From contig JBLNBR010000021.1 in assembly GCA_050260105.1 (NCBI GenBank), positions 46,245 through 110,244 on the forward strand: a stretch of DNA of 64,000 nucleotides, written 5' to 3'. The stretch is from Ignavibacteriales bacterium. Its GTDB lineage: Bacteria; Bacillota; Sulfobacillia; JABLXB01. This document shows positions 19,142 through 28,729 of the stretch, one piece after another. The notes below the pieces were generated by a model. It saw only the letters and a program-made list of their open reading frames with translations. It did not search any database and had not been told where the DNA came from. The number at the start of each line of letters is the position of its first letter. Position 1 is the first letter of the stretch. A program made the translations under genes and the position numbers.

Positions 19142-19971
19142 AGTATCCTTTTCACATCCCCTTCGGGGAGGGAGAGACCGTCGAGCTGCCTGAGATACCT
19201 TTCCGGCGAGAGCAGGGGAAAATCGCTGCCGAACAGGACCTTGCCCACGGCCCCTGAGGCTATCATCGTGCGGTATATGCGTGGATCATATAGAAACGGG
19301 CCGGCCGCCGTGTCATAGTACACGTCGCTCATCGCCCTTCGCACCTCCGGCATCAGCTCGTAGAACACGAGTCCTCCACCCCAGTGCGCGAAGCATATCC
19401 GCAATCCGGGGTGGCGCGCCGCGAACGCGTACGCCTCCTCGGCCCCCTGCTTACCCTTCCCTGGATACGTGTGTCCCACCTTCTCGTTGACGTGTACCAG
19501 CAGCGGCAGCCTCGCTTCCCTGCACAGGTTCGCGAGGGGTCCAAGGCCCCCCGATAGGTCGAACCCCTGCCCATCGGGGAGTAGTTCCCCCACTCCCCTC
19601 AGGCCGGCCGAAACACACCTCGACACTTCGCGCTCGACCCCCGCGTCGAGGGGATTGACACACATGAAGCCCACCAGTCTATCAGGATACCGTGCAACCG
19701 ACGCCGCTATGTAATCATTGACCTCCCGGCAGGCCCCCGCGTCGCGGAAGGCGAAACCAAACGTGACGGACATGGAGACGCCTGTCCTGTCCATCTCCAA
19801 GATCAGGTCATCCGCCGTCGCGTACCTGTTCCCCGGGGTCTTGGCCAGATTTCCGAAATGCTCGTCTTTCCCCTGGTACTCTTCAGCCCTCGCGATGATC
19901 TCCGGCGGCAGTATGTGAGTGTGCACGTCAATCACGTCGAACCCACGCCGGCCCAACGACAACACCCCCAA
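19105..19971 (-). CDS. amidohydrolase-2 family metal-dependent hydrolase (TIM barrel)
   Basis: VIDVHTHILPPE N-terminus and HWGGG motifs. Overlaps the downstream PHP gene by 37 nt. Confidence 0.75.
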   Translation of the reverse strand: MGVLSLGRRGFDVIDVHTHILPPEIIARAEEYQGKDEHFGNLAKTPGNRYATADDLILEMDRTGVSMSVTFGFAFRDAGACREVNDYIAASVARYPDRLVGFMCVNPLDAGVEREVSRCVSAGLRGVGELLPDGQGFDLSGGLGPLANLCREARLPLLVHVNEKVGHTYPGKGKQGAEEAYAFAARHPGLRICFAHWGGGLVFYELMPEVRRAMSDVYYDTAAGPFLYDPRIYRTMIASGAVGKVLFGSDFPLLSPERYLRQLDGLSLPEGDVKRILCDNARGFLGLG

Positions 19972-20029
19972 AATGCAAAGCCCGTCCCTCCCCGTTGTTC
20001 CCGGGGAGAACGGGCAGTGCGGACTGGCC

Positions 20030-20290
20030 TTACCTCGGTCCTATGATCAGTTTTATGGCCGTGCGTTCCTCTCCATCTATCTGGATATCGGTGAACGCGG
20101 GCACACAGACAAGATCGATGCCGCTGGGCGCTACGAATCCCCTGGCTATGGCGACGGCCTTTATTGCCTGGTTGATAGCGCCCGCGCCTATCGCCTGCAT
20201 CTCGGCTGAGCCCCGCTCTCTGATGACTCCCGCCAGGGCCCCGGCGACGGCGTTCGGGCTCGACTTGGACGAAACCTTGAGCACTTCAAC
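20030..20290 (-). CDS. spoVS: stage V sporulation protein S
   Basis: VLKVSSKSSPNAVAGALAGVIRERGSAEMQAIGAGAINQAIKAVAIARGFVAPSGIDLVCVPAFTDIQIDGEERTAIKLII is near-identical in pattern to Bacillus SpoVS. A GTG start gives 86 aa. Confidence 0.85.
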   Translation of the reverse strand, partial: VEVLKVSSKSSPNAVAGALAGVIRERGSAEMQAIGAGAINQAIKAVAIARGFVAPSGIDLVCVPAFTDIQIDGEERTAIKLIIGPR

Positions 20291-20430
20291 CACCGATGCT
20301 CTTCCCCCTCTTATAACGAGAACTGCTGGTCTTATGCTTAGGGTTCGGGCCAACGCGCGCACGTCAGATGCCTGAGTTTTATATTACTACCATATTCTGC
20401 ATCTTGCAAGCTCCACGGCCCCGCCGTTCT

Positions 20431-21210
20431 TTATTCCCTTATGAATATCCTCCTGATTTCGCGCGCTTTCCCCGTTTTATGGTCGGCCTCGACCAGGACG
20501 GCCGAAAACTGTCTGGGACCCTTCGCCACCTCGAATTTCGCCGGGATCTGAGTGAGGAACCGGTCGAGTACGACGTCCGTACGTATGCCTATCACCGAGT
20601 GGTAAGGCCCGGTCATTCCCACGTCAGTGATATACGCGGTTCCCCCGGGGAGTATCATCTCGTCCGCCGTCTGGACGTGCGTATGGGTGCCGATGACGGC
20701 GGTCACCCTGCGGTCGAGGTACCACCCCATCGCCACCTTCTCGGACGTCGCCTCAGCGTGGAAGTCCACGATCACGACGGCCGTCTCCCTGTTGAGGATC
20801 TCGATCTCTTCAGAAAGCCGCCTGAACGGGCAATCCAGCAGGATCGTGTTGAACACCCTACCCGAGGCGTTCACCACGCCGACGGGACAACCCTTTACGT
20901 CGACCACGACGGACGGCCTGCCCGGGGGATTTCCGGGGTAGTTGGCCGGCCGGATGACGCGGGGTTCCTGGACGATGTAGTCCGCTATCTCGCGCTTGTC
21001 CCACACGTGGTTTCCCATCGTGATCACGTCCACGCCCGCGGAGAAGATCTCGTCTCCGGTGTCCCGAGTCAGGCCCACCCCGCTAGCGGCGTTCTCGCCG
21101 TTGGCGATGATCAGGTCCGGCCCGTATTCGCGCCCGAGACCGGGCAGGTACTCCGCCAGCATGGAGCGCCCCGGCCTGCCGACGATGTCACCTATGAAAA
21201 GGATCCGCAA
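20431..21210 (-). CDS. ymdB: YmdB-family metallophosphoesterase (2',3'-cyclic-nucleotide phosphodiesterase)
   Basis: MRILFIGDIVGRPGR…GNHVWD…GTHTHVQTAD is typical of TIGR00282 YmdB. It sits in the rny-ymdB-spoVS block. Confidence 0.85.
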   Translation of the reverse strand: MRILFIGDIVGRPGRSMLAEYLPGLGREYGPDLIIANGENAASGVGLTRDTGDEIFSAGVDVITMGNHVWDKREIADYIVQEPRVIRPANYPGNPPGRPSVVVDVKGCPVGVVNASGRVFNTILLDCPFRRLSEEIEILNRETAVVIVDFHAEATSEKVAMGWYLDRRVTAVIGTHTHVQTADEMILPGGTAYITDVGMTGPYHSVIGIRTDVVLDRFLTQIPAKFEVAKGPRQFSAVLVEADHKTGKAREIRRIFIRE

Positions 21211-21285
21211 AGCGCAACCTCATCCTTTCCGGAAGTGGACCCTAAAACGAATAAGACCAGGGGGGTCGCCCCTGGCCCATTCCCG

Positions 21286-21807
21286 TCACTTGTTGAAGAC
21301 CACCACTCTGCCTTCTTCCCTGAACGCGATGATGTTCTTGTCCTGGCGGCAATCCCTGACGTCCTGGAGCATCTCCTCTATTATCTCCTCCTGCACCAGG
21401 AGATCCTCCTCCATGAGGTTGTCGTTCCTGTCCGCCGCCAGCAGGCTGCCGAACTCATCCCTCACGATGTCGATCACCAGGGATATCTCTTCCTGTGTCA
21501 GCGTCTCGACGTCGCGTTGCACCTCTACCACCGTTATGTCGCCGAAATCCGTCCTTGCCATCTCTATCAGCGAGGGCTTTCTGTTCTTGAAGTCGCCGTA
21601 CGCGCCGACGCTCATCCTGAATCGACCCCGGACCCTCTCGAATCTCTCCGGTGCCAACGGCTTGGTCAGGATGAACGTGAACTTCAGTACCCGCCTGTGC
21701 GGGTCGAAGTTCACCGTCGACAGCTCCGGATACCTCACGAGAACCGATATGAGCAAGCCGACGCCCTTCGAATTCTCCGCTTTCTCCCTCTTCCCCAACC
21801 ACGACAC
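21286..21807 (-). CDS. hypothetical acidic protein inserted between rny and ymdB
   Basis: 173-aa ORF with protein-like, non-GC-biased composition (…VLKFTFILTKPLAPERFERV… and an acidic C-terminus EEDLLVQEEIIEEMLQDVRD). Intergenic gaps are 57 and 75 nt. Confidence 0.5.
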   Translation of the reverse strand: MSWLGKREKAENSKGVGLLISVLVRYPELSTVNFDPHRRVLKFTFILTKPLAPERFERVRGRFRMSVGAYGDFKNRKPSLIEMARTDFGDITVVEVQRDVETLTQEEISLVIDIVRDEFGSLLAADRNDNLMEEDLLVQEEIIEEMLQDVRDCRQDKNIIAFREEGRVVVFNK

Positions 21808-21864
21808 CTCTCTAGGCAGGTGATAAGGGGTGATTCTTCGGGTGCCTCCGCAATACCTCCCGTG

Positions 21865-23403
21865 CTACTTGGCATAATCCACGGCGCGAGTCTCCCGGAT
21901 CACCGTCACCTTGATCTGTCCCGGGTATTCAAGTTCACCCTCAATCTTCTTAACGATGTCCCTTGCGAGTTTGCTTGCGGTGAGGTCGTCGATCCTTTCC
22001 GGCTTGACCATGATCCTGATCTCGCGGCCGGCCTGGATGGCATATGCCTTATCCACGCCATCGAACGAATCGGCTATCTCCTCGAGCTTCTCCAGCCGCT
22101 TGATATACGCCTCCAGCGTCTCGCGCCTGGCCCCCGGCCTCGCCGCTGACACGGCGTCGGCGGCGGTCACCAGGAACGCCTCGACGGACTTCGCCTCCAC
22201 GTCTCCGTGGTGCGCTTCCATCGCCTGTATGACGTCGTTGTTCTCCTTATACTTCTTCAACAGGTTAATCCCGATCGCCACGTGCGACCCCTCGACCTCG
22301 TGGTCCACGGCCTTGCCTATGTCGTGGAGCAGGCCGGCACGCTTCGCTACAGCAACGTCGCACCCGAGTTCCGCCGCCATGGCGCCGGCCAGGTGCGCGA
22401 CCTCGATGGAGTGTTTCAGGACGTTCTGCCCGTAGCTCGTGCGGAATTTCAGGCGTCCCAGGAGCTTGACGATCTCAGGGTGAAGCCCGTGAACCCCTGC
22501 CTCGATGCCTGCTTCCTCACCCGCCTCGCGGATCTGGGCGTCGACTTCCTTCTCGGCCTTGTCAACCATTTCCTCGATTCGTGCGGGGTGGATCCTCCCA
22601 TCGGCGATGAGCTTCTCGAGAGCCAGCCTGGCCACCTCACGCCTGATTGGGTTGAAGCCCGAGAGAATGACGGCCTCGGGGGTGTCGTCGATGATCAGGT
22701 CTACCCCTGTGAGGGTCTCGAGGGTCCGTATGTTCCTGCCCTCGCGGCCGATTATTCTGCCTTTCATCTCATCGTTCGGCAGTTCGACGACGGACACGGT
22801 CGCTTCGGCTACGTGGTCGGCGGCGCATCTCTGTACGGCAAGCGAGATGATATCCTTGGCCCTCTTCTCCGCCTCCTCCTTGGCCTGCGACTCGATGTCC
22901 CTTATCATCGCAGCCGCTTCCTGGCGGATCTCCTCCTCGGTCCTCTTGAGCAGGGCGTCCTTTGCTTGATCACTGGTCATGCCCGAGATCTTCTCGAGCT
23001 CGGCGATCTGCCTCTGCTTCAATTCGGCCACATGTTCTTGCGATTTCTCGAGTTCCTTCTCGCGCCTGCCAATCTGCTCTTCCTTGCGTTCGATGCTCTC
23101 TGTCTTCCTGTCCAGGACTTCTTCCTTCTGCATCAACCTGCGCTCGAGCCTCTGGAGTTCCGCGCGCCGCTCGCGCGTGTCCCTCTCAAAATCGCTCCGC
23201 AGGCGGTGTACCTCTTCCTTGGCCTCGACAACAGCCTCTCTCTTGCGCCCCTCCGCTTCCTTCCTCGCCTCGTCCAGTATCTTCCTGGCCGCTTCCTCCG
23301 CGGAAGCGATCTTCGCCTCGGCCAACATCTTCCTGAATAGATAACCGATCAGTATGCCGGCCACAGCACTGGCCAGGGCTATGAGCATCACATTGAACGG
23401 CAT
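21865..23403 (-). CDS. rny: ribonuclease Y
   Basis: N-terminal TM helix, coiled coil, KH domain ([15 protein letters not shown]) and HD domain (HDIGK…HH). Start at MPFNVM, preceded by SD GGGGGAGG. Confidence 0.9.
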   Translation of the reverse strand: MPFNVMLIALASAVAGILIGYLFRKMLAEAKIASAEEAARKILDEARKEAEGRKREAVVEAKEEVHRLRSDFERDTRERRAELQRLERRLMQKEEVLDRKTESIERKEEQIGRREKELEKSQEHVAELKQRQIAELEKISGMTSDQAKDALLKRTEEEIRQEAAAMIRDIESQAKEEAEKRAKDIISLAVQRCAADHVAEATVSVVELPNDEMKGRIIGREGRNIRTLETLTGVDLIIDDTPEAVILSGFNPIRREVARLALEKLIADGRIHPARIEEMVDKAEKEVDAQIREAGEEAGIEAGVHGLHPEIVKLLGRLKFRTSYGQNVLKHSIEVAHLAGAMAAELGCDVAVAKRAGLLHDIGKAVDHEVEGSHVAIGINLLKKYKENNDVIQAMEAHHGDVEAKSVEAFLVTAADAVSAARPGARRETLEAYIKRLEKLEEIADSFDGVDKAYAIQAGREIRIMVKPERIDDLTASKLARDIVKKIEGELEYPGQIKVTVIRETRAVDYAK

Positions 23404-23419
23404 CGGCGCCTTCACCTCC

Positions 23420-23455
23420 CCCATAAAAGGTCCAGCCGAGTCGGGCAGACTCGGC
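23420..23455 (-). promoter_or_regulatory. rny 5'-leader hairpin adjacent to the RBS
   Basis: Perfect 8-bp stem GCCGAGUC-ugccc-GACUCGGC followed by UGGACCUUUUAU, then SD GGGGGAGG and the start codon. It is attenuator- or terminator-like and sits in a ~170-nt leader. Confidence 0.35.
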
Positions 23456-23574
23456 GCGAATACTCAAATACATTGGTTGTCCAAAATCCGGCCATTGCCC
23501 GCCGGACAACCGCACGAATCCAGCGACAGCATATAGCAGGGTCGTAACGACCAAACCGAGAAACACCCCGACAC

Positions 23575-23603
23575 ATTTTAGCCTTACGAACTGGGAGTGT
23601 CAA
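23575..23603 (-). promoter_or_regulatory. sigmaA-type promoter of rny
   Basis: The minus strand reads TTGACA-17 nt-TAAAAT (CTTGACACTCCCAGTTCGTAAGGCTAAAATG). The -35 overlaps the recX stop codon. Confidence 0.55.
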
Positions 23604-24100
23604 GTTTCTACCATATCCTGATCGTCCAGTCCGAGGGCCTTTGCGATAACCCGCGCGCGGAACCCTCTCCTGGCAAGATAAGACCAGAGGCGCCTCTGTC
23701 GCGCCTCCGGCTCCAGATGCGTGTAACAAACAGCCCTCCGCGCCGCAAGCTCTGTGGCCGCGCGGAGTTCCTGCTCTTCCGTCATGACCTCATCCACCAC
23801 GTCCGCCGCAATGCGTGGTTCAATACCCCTTCGTATGAGCCCCGACTTGAGACCCTCTCTGCCCAGGCGCCTCGAGCCACGGTGCTCACACCTCAGAGAC
23901 GCCCATTCAGTGGCGAATCTCCTGTCGTCTATGTAGCCGATCCCTTCCAGACGTCTAACTACTTCCGCCGTTTCGGCGGGATCCACTCCCTTGCGCCTGA
24001 GCATGCGGGCGACCTCCAGCGATGATGCCGCCCGGCCCGTCAGGTACCTCAGAGCGATCTCAAAGCCCTTCCCTGCCGCTCCATTATACGCCTCAGGCAT
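23600..24100 (-). CDS. recX: recombination regulator RecX
   Basis: Three-helix-repeat RecX-like sequence ([23 protein letters not shown]…). Immediately downstream of recA with an 8-nt overlap. Confidence 0.85.
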   Translation of the reverse strand: MPEAYNGAAGKGFEIALRYLTGRAASSLEVARMLRRKGVDPAETAEVVRRLEGIGYIDDRRFATEWASLRCEHRGSRRLGREGLKSGLIRRGIEPRIAADVVDEVMTEEQELRAATELAARRAVCYTHLEPEARQRRLWSYLARRGFRARVIAKALGLDDQDMVET

Positions 24101-25127
24101 CCTGTGTGGCCTCGTCGGTGGAGGACGCCGCCTTCACGGTCCCGAGTTTGAGCTGTTCCCTGACCCGCCCCTCTATTTCCGCAAGAACCTCCGGGTGTTG
24201 CTTCAGGTAATCCCTGGCGTTGTCCCTACCCTGTCCGAGTCTCGTATCCCCGAAAGAATACCAGGTCCCCGTGCGGACCAGTATTCCATGTTCGCAGGCG
24301 ACGTCGACCACGCAACCCTCCCTGGAGATCCCCTCGCCGTAAATGATGTCGAAATCCGCCTGCTTGAAGGGTGGCGCCACCTTGTTCTTGACCACCTTCA
24401 CCCTTGTCCTGGTGCCAACGGTTTCGGTGCCCTGCTTCAGGGTTTCTATCTTCCTGACGTCCATCCTGAGGGAGGCGTAGAATTTGAGAGCGCGTCCGCC
24501 GGGAGTCACTTCCGGGTTCCCGAACATCACCCCAACCTTCTCCCTGATCTGGTTGATGAAGATCGCCGTAGTCTTCGACTTGGAGATCGCCCCGGTCAAC
24601 TTCCGCAAGGCCTGCGACATGAGGCGCGCCTGTAGCCCCATGTGCGCATCGCCCATCTCGCCCTCGATCTCTGCGCGCGGCACCAGGGCCGCCACCGAGT
24701 CTATTACCACCACGTCAACCGCGCCGCTCCTCACCAAGGCCTCCGCGATTTCCAGCGCCTGTTCCCCGGTATCCGGTTGCGATATGAGAAGGTTGTCCAC
24801 ATCCACCCCAACCTTCTTCGAATAGGAGGGATCGAGCGCGTGCTCCGCGTCTATGAACGCGGCCACACCGCCCGCGCGCTGTGCCTCAGCGATGATATGG
24901 AGGGCCACCGTGGTCTTTCCGGACGCCTCCGGGCCGAATATCTCCACCACTCTTCCCCTTGGGACCCCACCGACCCCCAGGGCGATGTCCAGGGTGAGCG
25001 CCCCGGTGGGTATGATCTCCACCTGCATCCTGGCGGAGGCCTCGCCGAGCTTCATGATGGAGCCCTTTCCGAACTGTTTCTCTATGTGCATGAGGGCCAT
25101 CTCGAGAGCCTTATCCTTTTCTATCAC
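24093..25127 (-). CDS. recA: recombinase RecA
   Basis: Canonical RecA ([18 protein letters not shown]1/L2 loops). Confidence 0.95.
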   Translation of the reverse strand: MIEKDKALEMALMHIEKQFGKGSIMKLGEASARMQVEIIPTGALTLDIALGVGGVPRGRVVEIFGPEASGKTTVALHIIAEAQRAGGVAAFIDAEHALDPSYSKKVGVDVDNLLISQPDTGEQALEIAEALVRSGAVDVVVIDSVAALVPRAEIEGEMGDAHMGLQARLMSQALRKLTGAISKSKTTAIFINQIREKVGVMFGNPEVTPGGRALKFYASLRMDVRKIETLKQGTETVGTRTRVKVVKNKVAPPFKQADFDIIYGEGISREGCVVDVACEHGILVRTGTWYSFGDTRLGQGRDNARDYLKQHPEVLAEIEGRVREQLKLGTVKAASSTDEATQDA

Positions 25128-25175
25128 CAGTTACCCTCCTAAGGCCTACCGGCTGGGAAGCCCTTCCTAGTTCAT

Positions 25176-25205
25176 AAGTATATACTTGCCCGAAGCGTCC
25201 GACAA
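25176..25205 (-). promoter_or_regulatory. recA promoter with overlapping 12-bp AT palindrome (candidate SOS operator)
   Basis: The minus strand reads TTGTCG-N16-17-TATACT. The perfect palindrome AAGTATATACTT (25176-25187) overlaps the -10, about 40 nt upstream of the recA ATG. Confidence 0.4.
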
Positions 25206-25218
25206 CGTCCAGCCACGG

Positions 25219-25833
25219 TCACCCTTGAAGGTTCCACTCCTCGATAGGGCTGTAGACCGGGCCCTCCGGCGTGAGACGGCTCATCATGAGGGACACCTGG
25301 TCGACTTCCATGGCGCCGAAGTCCGTCTCGCGGAGTCGCTCCACTCCGGCCTTCAGCGATCCTGACCCGGCGGGGTTCCTGACTCGACCAAGGGTAAGAT
25401 GGGGCGTGAACGCCCTTCTCTCCCCCGGGAACCCCTCCCGCGCGAGCTCCTTCTCGACGCGCGCCGCGAGGCCCGCCAGGGCATCAATCCCGTGGCTCAG
25501 GCCCACCCATACCACTCTCGGCGGGCCGCTCGACGGGAAACACCCCGCTCCCCTCAGCGACAACGTGAAGGGCGCCGCGCCCGAGACAGCCCGGCCGACT
25601 CCCCTACGGGCCGCCTCCACCCTGGGTTCAGGGATCTCACCGAGGAACTTGAGTGTGAAGTGAAGGTTCTCAATCTCCACCCATTTCACAGCCGCTGCAG
25701 ACGCCCTGAGCGCCGAAGTCCCCGATACGACCGCCGCGGCCAGCCGCGGCTCGAGAGGCACGGCCGCGAAGCACCTTATCCCCCTGTCTGCGGCGCTCAC
25801 CTGGCGCCCTCCGCGGGGGCAAGGTAGCGCCAT
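25219..25833 (-). CDS. thpR: RNA 2',3'-cyclic phosphodiesterase (2H phosphoesterase, ThpR/LigT)
   Basis: Two H-x-T/S-x motifs (HFTLKFLGE, HLTLGR). The start is either ATG 25833 or GTG 25800. Confidence 0.75.
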   Translation of the reverse strand: MALPCPRGGRQVSAADRGIRCFAAVPLEPRLAAAVVSGTSALRASAAAVKWVEIENLHFTLKFLGEIPEPRVEAARRGVGRAVSGAAPFTLSLRGAGCFPSSGPPRVVWVGLSHGIDALAGLAARVEKELAREGFPGERRAFTPHLTLGRVRNPAGSGSLKAGVERLRETDFGAMEVDQVSLMMSRLTPEGPVYSPIEEWNLQG

Positions 25834-27050
25834 AGCATCGCCAGGGCCTCCTGGGACGTTCGCCACTTGATGTTCTCTCTCGAACCCCACAGCCTGAGCA
25901 GCCTGTGCAGGCCGCCGCGGGGTCCCGCTATCGCCACGTGCACCGTCCCGACCGGCTTGTCGGTAGTGCCCCCGGAGGGGCCCGCTATCCCCGTCACGCC
26001 GATTCCGATGTCGCTGCCCGCGAAAACGCGCGCTCCCTCGGCCATCTCAGAGGCCGTCTCCTCGCTGACAGCCCCGTAACGCCGCAGTGTCGCCGGCTTC
26101 ACGCCCAGAGCCCTCATCTTCACCTCATTGCTGTATGCCATGACCCCGCCGGAGAAGTAATCAGAGCTGCCGGGTACCTGGGTGAGCCTGTGTCCTATGA
26201 GCCCGCCGGTACACGATTCCCCGAGACCCACGGTCAGGCCCAGGGACCGGAGCCTCCGCCCGGCGGCCGACTCTATGGTCTCGTCATCCGATCCAAAAAC
26301 GTAGTCGCCCACGACATCGCGGATGCGCTTTTCGGCCGGGCCTATCAGCGCCTGCGCCGCGCCGACGGACCCCGCTCTCGCCGTGAGCCGCAGGTGAACC
26401 TCGCCCGGATAGGCGTAGGGCGCCACCGTGGGGTTTGGGCCCATCGTCATGAGGTCCCTCAGCCGGTCTTCCACGGCGGATTCACCGAGCATGCACACCT
26501 TGAGTATCTTTGAATGAATGATCTCCCGGCCAGCCCCGAGATCGCGCAGGTAATCCGCGACGAACCGTTCGAACATTGGGATGAGTTCCGCCGGCGGCCC
26601 GGGAAGCATCACCACCGACTTACCGTCATGGGGGATAATCAGGCCTGGGGCGGTTCCGTTGGGGTTATCCAGCACGCGAGAACCCTCGACCACGTATGCC
26701 TGTCTCCTGTTATTGGGCGTGGGGGACCTCCCCACCCTCTGGAAGAATCCCTCTATGTCCCGCCACACCCGCTCGTCGAACACCAGGTCTCTGCCGACCG
26801 CGGCCGCGACTCCCTCCCGCGTAAGATCATCCGCGGTGGGACCGAGACCCCCCGTGGTGATCACCACGTCCGATCTGGCCAGGGCCTGTCCCAGCGCGTC
26901 CACCAGGCGGCTCTGGTTATCGCCCACGACGACCTGATGGTAAACGTTGACCCCAAGTTCCGCCAGGGCCTTGCCCAGAAACTGGGCGTTGGTGTTGGCG
27001 ATCTGCCCGAGCAACAATTCCGTTCCCACGGACACGATTTCGGCGATCAT
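25797..27050 (-). CDS. cinA: competence/damage-inducible protein CinA (MocF-like N-terminus plus nicotinamide-nucleotide amidase domain)
   Basis: MIAEIVSVGTELLLGQIANTNAQFL N-terminus and a C-terminal CinA domain. Gene order is cinA-thpR-recA. The ORF is open to 27065. Confidence 0.85.
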   Translation of the reverse strand: MIAEIVSVGTELLLGQIANTNAQFLGKALAELGVNVYHQVVVGDNQSRLVDALGQALARSDVVITTGGLGPTADDLTREGVAAAVGRDLVFDERVWRDIEGFFQRVGRSPTPNNRRQAYVVEGSRVLDNPNGTAPGLIIPHDGKSVVMLPGPPAELIPMFERFVADYLRDLGAGREIIHSKILKVCMLGESAVEDRLRDLMTMGPNPTVAPYAYPGEVHLRLTARAGSVGAAQALIGPAEKRIRDVVGDYVFGSDDETIESAAGRRLRSLGLTVGLGESCTGGLIGHRLTQVPGSSDYFSGGVMAYSNEVKMRALGVKPATLRRYGAVSEETASEMAEGARVFAGSDIGIGVTGIAGPSGGTTDKPVGTVHVAIAGPRGGLHRLLRLWGSRENIKWRTSQEALAMLWRYLAPAEGAR

Positions 27051-27175
27051 TTCCCGGATACGCACCCTCCAGGCGCGTGGGCTGACTTGCCCGCGCCCCC
27101 ATCAGGCATATCGTTTCGCGGCCCCGTGGCCTTATTCCTCTACCGCAGGGCGACCCGGCCCTGGAAAGCCCGGGG

Positions 27176-28723
27176 TCAGCCCGCCTTGAGCCGCCTGCCG
27201 CGTCTCACGCGAAGCCTCTGCAGGACCGCCGGCGGCAACGAACTCTCCTTCGCGGCCGTTCTCCCTGTTATCGCGGCGAGCGCCGCCGAATCCATCCTCT
27301 CGTTCCTGAGGAGGCACTCGCTCACGGCGTCTACCTGCCGCGCGCGAGCGGCCAGCAATCCCTTCACTCGCTTCTCTTGATCCGCTACTGTCTGGGCGAT
27401 CGCCCGCGCGAGTATATCGCCTGGAAGCGAGTGGGGATCCACGATGCCCAGCGGCGACATTCCCGACAGCACTATCTTGCGCGCAATCTCGACAGCCCTG
27501 TCGAAATCCTCCGCTGCGCCTGTACTGCGGGAGCCGCATACCATCTCCTCCGCCAGCGCCCCCGCTATGAGTGATGCGATCTCGTCCTCGAGATGCTCCT
27601 TCGCGTAGATGTATTGCTCGCTCTTCGGGGTGCTGCGCACGTAGCCCAGCGCTCCCCCTCTCGGTGAAATGGTTATCGAAGCCACGGAGCCGGGCCTCAG
27701 GCATTCGCCGACGATCGCGTGCCCCGCCTCGTGTACCGCTATCCTCCGGAGATCCTCATTTGACGGCCTGCGCTCGATCTTCTCCCCTAGGATGACCTTT
27801 TCGATCGCGTCCTCGAGGTGGCGTTGCTCGATCTCGTGCACGCCCTCCCTCATGGCAAGGATCGCTGCCTCGTTGGCGAGGCTCTCGAGGTGCGCGCCGG
27901 TGAACCCGAACGTTCCGCGCGCTATCCGGTCGAGGTCCACGCCCTTCGCCAGGGGCTTGTTTCTGGTGTGCAGTTCGAGGATTTGCAGGCGCGCCTCCCT
28001 GTCGGGCACCTCCACGCGGACCACCCTGTCGAACCGGCCGGGCCTCGTGAGGGCGGGATCGAGCAGGTCAGCCCTGTTTGTGGCCGCTATCACGAGGATC
28101 CGCACATCGTCCCCCACCGAAAGCCCGTCCATCTCCACGAGCAGCTGGTTTATGGTCTGATCGTACTCGAGATGACCGACATTGTGCCCTCGCCTGCCGC
28201 CGAGCACCTCGATCTCGTCAATGAAGATGATGGCCCCCTTCTTGCCGGAGTTCTTGGCCATCTCCCGGGCGTTCCTGAACAATTCACGCACCCGCTGCGC
28301 TCCCACGCCGGCGTACACCTCTACGAACTCACTCCCGCTGGTGGCCACGAACACCGAATCTACGTAGTTTGCGGCCGCCTTGGCGAGCATGGTCTTCCCC
28401 GTGCCGGGCGGGCCCGTGAGCAGAAGTCCCTTGAGCGGCCGTATGCCGAGCCTGGTCATCGCCTGCCTTAGCTTGATGAAGTCGAGCGCTTCGAGCAGTT
28501 CCTTCTTGGCTGATGACTGGCCGCCGATATCCTTGAAGGTCACCGGCGACACGCTCCCCGGGGTCACCGGCGCGAACCGCTTCGTGAGACCTCTCAGGCC
28601 TGATGTCTGGACCAGCACATATGCGAGGGCGCCGAGGAACACGACGGGAAGCACGTTCACCCCGGCGATGGCCAGGTATATCAGTGCGCCGGCCAGGGTT
28701 CCAATGGCTATCTCCTTCCACAT
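27176..28723 (-). CDS. short-form FtsH-like AAA+ zinc metalloprotease (two closely spaced TM helices, no periplasmic domain)
   Basis: Walker A GPPGTGKT, second region of homology, and HEAGHAIV zinc site with a downstream AEDFDRA. At 515 aa it is ~100 aa shorter than canonical FtsH. Confidence 0.8.
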   Translation of the reverse strand: MWKEIAIGTLAGALIYLAIAGVNVLPVVFLGALAYVLVQTSGLRGLTKRFAPVTPGSVSPVTFKDIGGQSSAKKELLEALDFIKLRQAMTRLGIRPLKGLLLTGPPGTGKTMLAKAAANYVDSVFVATSGSEFVEVYAGVGAQRVRELFRNAREMAKNSGKKGAIIFIDEIEVLGGRRGHNVGHLEYDQTINQLLVEMDGLSVGDDVRILVIAATNRADLLDPALTRPGRFDRVVRVEVPDREARLQILELHTRNKPLAKGVDLDRIARGTFGFTGAHLESLANEAAILAMREGVHEIEQRHLEDAIEKVILGEKIERRPSNEDLRRIAVHEAGHAIVGECLRPGSVASITISPRGGALGYVRSTPKSEQYIYAKEHLEDEIASLIAGALAEEMVCGSRSTGAAEDFDRAVEIARKIVLSGMSPLGIVDPHSLPGDILARAIAQTVADQEKRVKGLLAARARQVDAVSECLLRNERMDSAALAAITGRTAAKESSLPPAVLQRLRVRRGRRLKAG

Positions 28724-28729
28724 GTCAGA

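Noticed and set aside
20368-22149. 593-aa plus-strand ORF across ymdB, the hypothetical gene and rny
   Set aside because: It is antisense to conserved genes and has an Arg/His/Pro-rich junk translation.
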